From contig ONIF01000034.1 of NCBI GenBank assembly GCA_900317795.1, forward strand, positions 1 to 28,862: 28,862 bases of DNA, in the 5' to 3' direction. The DNA comes from an uncultured Eubacteriales bacterium (lineage in GTDB: Bacteria; Bacillota; Clostridia; Oscillospirales; Acutalibacteraceae). Below, piece by piece: positions 25,984 to 28,862 of this stretch. Below the pieces are notes generated by a model. That model searched no databases. It was not told the origin of the DNA and saw only the letters and a program-made list of their open reading frames with translations. How positions within the stretch are numbered: the stretch's first letter is position 1; each line of letters begins with the position of its first letter. Both the position numbers and the translations under genes were made by a program.

Positions 25984-26022
25984 GTTCTAAAATCCTCCAA
26001 TTACTTTATACAATGCTTTTTT

Positions 26023-26051
26023 ATAATACCACATTCACAAAATAAAATCAA
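26023..26051 (-). promoter_or_regulatory. Sigma-A promoter of secG
   Basis: TTGATT, 17 bp, TGgTATTAT. Confidence 0.6.
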
Positions 26052-26125
26052 GCCATTTATTAAAATTTCACCACTTTTTTATTCATAAAATTTTATTTCC
26101 CCGTTTGGTAAACGTCACTGAAGTT

Positions 26126-26222
26126 TCCTTTCGTCATTCCGAGGAACGAAGTGACGAAGAATCTTTCAAAGATTCCTCGCTTCGCTCGGAATGACATAGG
26201 GCGATTTATTTTGTCGTTTACT
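26126..26222. repeat. REP-like palindromic element, copy 2
   Basis: 95/97 nt identical to 1-97, in the same orientation. Confidence 0.85.
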
Positions 26223-26235
26223 TTAACCGCAAACA

Positions 26236-26266
26236 ATTATGCATTATGCATTATGAATTATGCATT
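26236..26266 (+). repeat. Heptamer tandem array overlapping the topoisomerase stop codon
   Basis: attatgc attatgc attatga attatgc att. Confidence 0.8.
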
Positions 26267-28501
26267 AAACTTCATCTGCTCTCCGCTTTCGTCACCTCTG
26301 GGGAGCTGTCCCATTGACGGAATTGTTTTTACTCGGTATCTGTCGGGATTGGAAAACATTCCCTCTTTATAAACTTCCGCTGTCATTATTCTATGCCCCT
26401 TTTTCAGCTTAAACAATGCCACGCCTTGTGTATTCCTTGATGTTTTCGCCAGCAAATCCGCTGACTTAAATATCAATATCCTGCCCGATGACGATTTCAC
26501 CATGATTTCACATTCATCACTCTCCGCATACACGACAGCCGACAGCTTATCTTTATCGGAATAGGCACCCGTTAATTTCTTTCTGTTCGTCTTTGTGGCA
26601 TACGACTCCAAAGGCACTTTTGCCGTCTTGCCGTTCTCGAAAAAGAAAAATACATACCCTTTATAATCCTTTGTGGGTATCATGTATATGGCATTCTCCC
26701 CCTCGTCAAATTCAAGCTTTGACGGGATATATTCTCCCAATACACTTGCCTTTGTATCGCTGAACATCGGGGCTTTTGTTTTATAAGCCTGACATTTATC
26801 GGTGAAAAATATCAAGTCCGTATTATTTGTCGTTTCAAAGTGCTGTAATATCCCGTCACCCTCTTTGAATTTATGCTCTCCGCCCATTCTCAGCGACAAC
26901 GGTGTTATTTTCTTGAAATAGCCCTCTTTCGTGAAAAACAAATTCACTGCATAATCGGGCACTTCCTCAACAACTTCTTCTTCCTCCATCTCGTCAGCGT
27001 ATATAATCATGCTTTTTCTCGGCTGTCCGTACTTCTTGATGATAGTTTCCAACTCTTTTATAATAATCTTCTTTATCTTTGCCGTACTGCCGACAATCTC
27101 TTCCAACTCCGCAATATCCTTTTCAAGCTGTCCGATGTCCTCTATACGCTTTAAAATGTACTCTTTATTCAGATTTCTCAATTTAATTTCCGCTACATAC
27201 TCCGCCTGTATCTCGTCTATGCCGAAACCTGCCATTAAATTCGGGATTACCTGCATTTCTTCTTCTGTATTCCTAATAATTTTAACTGCCTTGTCAATAT
27301 CAAGCAGAATTTTTTCCAAGCCCCTCAATAAATGCAGTCTGTCACGCTTTTTATTCAAGTCAAAATATGTTCTTCTCTTGACGCACTCGATACGAAATGC
27401 CGACCACTCGTTTAATATCTCTCTCACACCCATGACTTTCGGTGTGCCTGCTATCAGTATATTGAAATTACAAGCAAAACTGTCTTCCAGCGGTGTCATT
27501 TTATACAGCTTCTGCATTAACTTGTCCGCATTGATACCACGTTTCAAGTCTATTGTAATTTTCAAGCCGTCTATGCCCGTTTCATCTCGTATATCCGCAA
27601 TTTCCTTTATTTTTCCCTGTTTCACCAAGTCAATGATTTTTTCAATAATCGCCTCTGATGTAGTCGTCTGAGGAATGCTTGATATGTCGATACAGTTTGC
27701 AAACTTGTCATAACTGTACCTGCCACGCAACCGCACACTTCCTCGACCTGTTTTATAAATATTCTCTATGGTTTTTCTGTCATAAATTACCTGTGCCCCG
27801 CCTGTGAAATCGGGGGCTAAAAGCGTTGACATGATGTCAAACTTTTCATCTTTCAGCAAGCCTATTGTTGTCCTGCAAACTTCCTCCAAGTTAAACGAAC
27901 ATATTGAACTTGCCATTCCGACTGCAATTCCCGTATTGGCATTCACCAAAACTGACGGAAATGCAGCAGGCAACAATGTCGGCTCTTTCAGCGTATTATC
28001 ATAGTTATCCACGAAATCAACGGTATCTTTGTCAATGTCATTAAAAAGTTCATTGCATATACTGTCCAATTTTGCCTCTGTATATCTTGATGCCGCCCAT
28101 GCCATATCTCTGCTGTAAAACTTGCCGAAATTGCCCTTTGAATCTACAAACGGGTGCAGAAGTGCTTCATATCCTCTACTTAATCTCACCATTGTGTCAT
28201 ATATCGCACTGTCACCATGCGGATTTAATTTCATGGTCTGCCCTACGATATTTGCGGATTTTGTCCTTGTCGTGCCAAGCAACCCCATTTTATACATTGT
28301 ATAAAGCAGTTTCCTGTGTGACGGCTTGAAACCGTCTATTTCGGGTATCGCTCTCGACAGAATCACACTCATCGCATACGGCATATAATTTTCTTCTATC
28401 GTGTCGGCAATTTTCTGTTCTACAATCTCGCCTGCCCCTGCAATATACCCTTGCATTTTCGGCATTTGTCCGCTTGATGTTGTTTTCTTTTTTCTCGCCA
28501 T
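26258..28501 (-). CDS. DNA gyrase/topoisomerase IV subunit A family protein (ParC-like, no GyrA-box seen)
   Basis: NYMPYAMSVILSRAIPEIDGFKP, NPHGDSAIYD, SKGNFG, catalytic AASRYTE, APDFTGG; short C-terminal pinwheel domain. Confidence 0.93.
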   Translation of the reverse strand: MARKKKTTSSGQMPKMQGYIAGAGEIVEQKIADTIEENYMPYAMSVILSRAIPEIDGFKPSHRKLLYTMYKMGLLGTTRTKSANIVGQTMKLNPHGDSAIYDTMVRLSRGYEALLHPFVDSKGNFGKFYSRDMAWAASRYTEAKLDSICNELFNDIDKDTVDFVDNYDNTLKEPTLLPAAFPSVLVNANTGIAVGMASSICSFNLEEVCRTTIGLLKDEKFDIMSTLLAPDFTGGAQVIYDRKTIENIYKTGRGSVRLRGRYSYDKFANCIDISSIPQTTTSEAIIEKIIDLVKQGKIKEIADIRDETGIDGLKITIDLKRGINADKLMQKLYKMTPLEDSFACNFNILIAGTPKVMGVREILNEWSAFRIECVKRRTYFDLNKKRDRLHLLRGLEKILLDIDKAVKIIRNTEEEMQVIPNLMAGFGIDEIQAEYVAEIKLRNLNKEYILKRIEDIGQLEKDIAELEEIVGSTAKIKKIIIKELETIIKKYGQPRKSMIIYADEMEEEEVVEEVPDYAVNLFFTKEGYFKKITPLSLRMGGEHKFKEGDGILQHFETTNNTDLIFFTDKCQAYKTKAPMFSDTKASVLGEYIPSKLEFDEGENAIYMIPTKDYKGYVFFFFENGKTAKVPLESYATKTNRKKLTGAYSDKDKLSAVVYAESDECEIMVKSSSGRILIFKSADLLAKTSRNTQGVALFKLKKGHRIMTAEVYKEGMFSNPDRYRVKTIPSMGQLPRGDESGEQMKFNA

Positions 28502-28527
28502 AAATCCCTTTTACTCCTCAAAAAATA

Positions 28528-28862
28528 TTATCCTGCTATATATGCCTGTTCTATGCCGTTTTCCAATGTTCCGTCAACCAATATGGAATGTCCCCAGAAC
28601 ATATCGTCATCGTCATAGAAAACCTCAAATCCGTTTTCATCAAAACCTATTGAATTGAGTACCATTCTTTCGGCAAATTTTTCTTCGGTTATCTCGACAA
28701 ATTCTTCATCATCTTCCAGACTGTCCTGCAACCAGTCATTTGCATTGTCCGTTAATTTCTCTGCCGAAAATTCCCTTATCCTTTTATCCCACTTATCAAA
28801 CTCCGATATAAATTTTTTAAATTCACTGATTAATCTGTCAACAGTTTCTTTGTCGTTTATAT
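28528..28862 (-). CDS. DUF2262-like hypothetical protein, 5'-truncated by the window edge
   Basis: The frame is open from 28860 (INDKETVD...AEKLTDNANDW...) to the stop at 28528. The C-terminal pattern FYDDDDMFWGHSILVDG...AYIAG recalls DUF2262; the family assignment is from memory. Confidence 0.65.
   Translation of the reverse strand, partial: INDKETVDRLISEFKKFISEFDKWDKRIREFSAEKLTDNANDWLQDSLEDDEEFVEITEEKFAERMVLNSIGFDENGFEVFYDDDDMFWGHSILVDGTLENGIEQAYIAG

Noticed and set aside
26151-26372. 73-aa plus-strand ORF
   Set aside because: It is composed of the REP-like element, the heptamer array and the antisense end of the topoisomerase gene; not a credible gene.
28849-28859. Partial (11-bp) copy of the TAAACGACAAA motif
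   Set aside because: It lies inside an open coding frame with no hairpin after it; likely chance.

Overview
Chromosomal, mostly housekeeping region of an anaerobic Bacillota (Clostridia; Oscillospiraceae/Ruminococcus-like by protein style, which is inference). Almost all genes lie on the minus strand: a GyrA/ParC-family gene, secG, cca, dnaD-like, dnaC/dnaI-like, degV, rnr, rpsF-ssb-rpsR, a TSCPD protein, two tRNA-Ser genes, a trimeric [FeFe]-hydrogenase hydCBA operon, infC-rpmI-rplT, aroK, a TrmH/SpoU methyltransferase, dprA and topA. Only an SPFH + Arc-like operon and a large secreted multidomain pullulanase lie on the plus strand. I see no integrase, transposase, CRISPR array or defence island. 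The unexplained signals are: (i) four frame-breaking indels (hydA, the Walker B of the DnaC-like loader, the secG tail repeat, and a hidden gene between degV and rnr), which may be real lesions or assembly errors; (ii) a 97-bp REP-like palindromic element present twice, plus a 14-bp motif it shares with the pullulanase 3' end; (iii) four intergenic heptamer arrays, two of which form a 25/26-bp inverted pair around aroK-trmH; (iv) a strand-specific structured leader before a small unknown gene; (v) an 11-bp-periodic operator candidate on the SPFH-Arc promoter; and (vi) a dockerin-less triple C-terminal repeat on the pullulanase. I cannot show a new system from sequence alone; these are leads.
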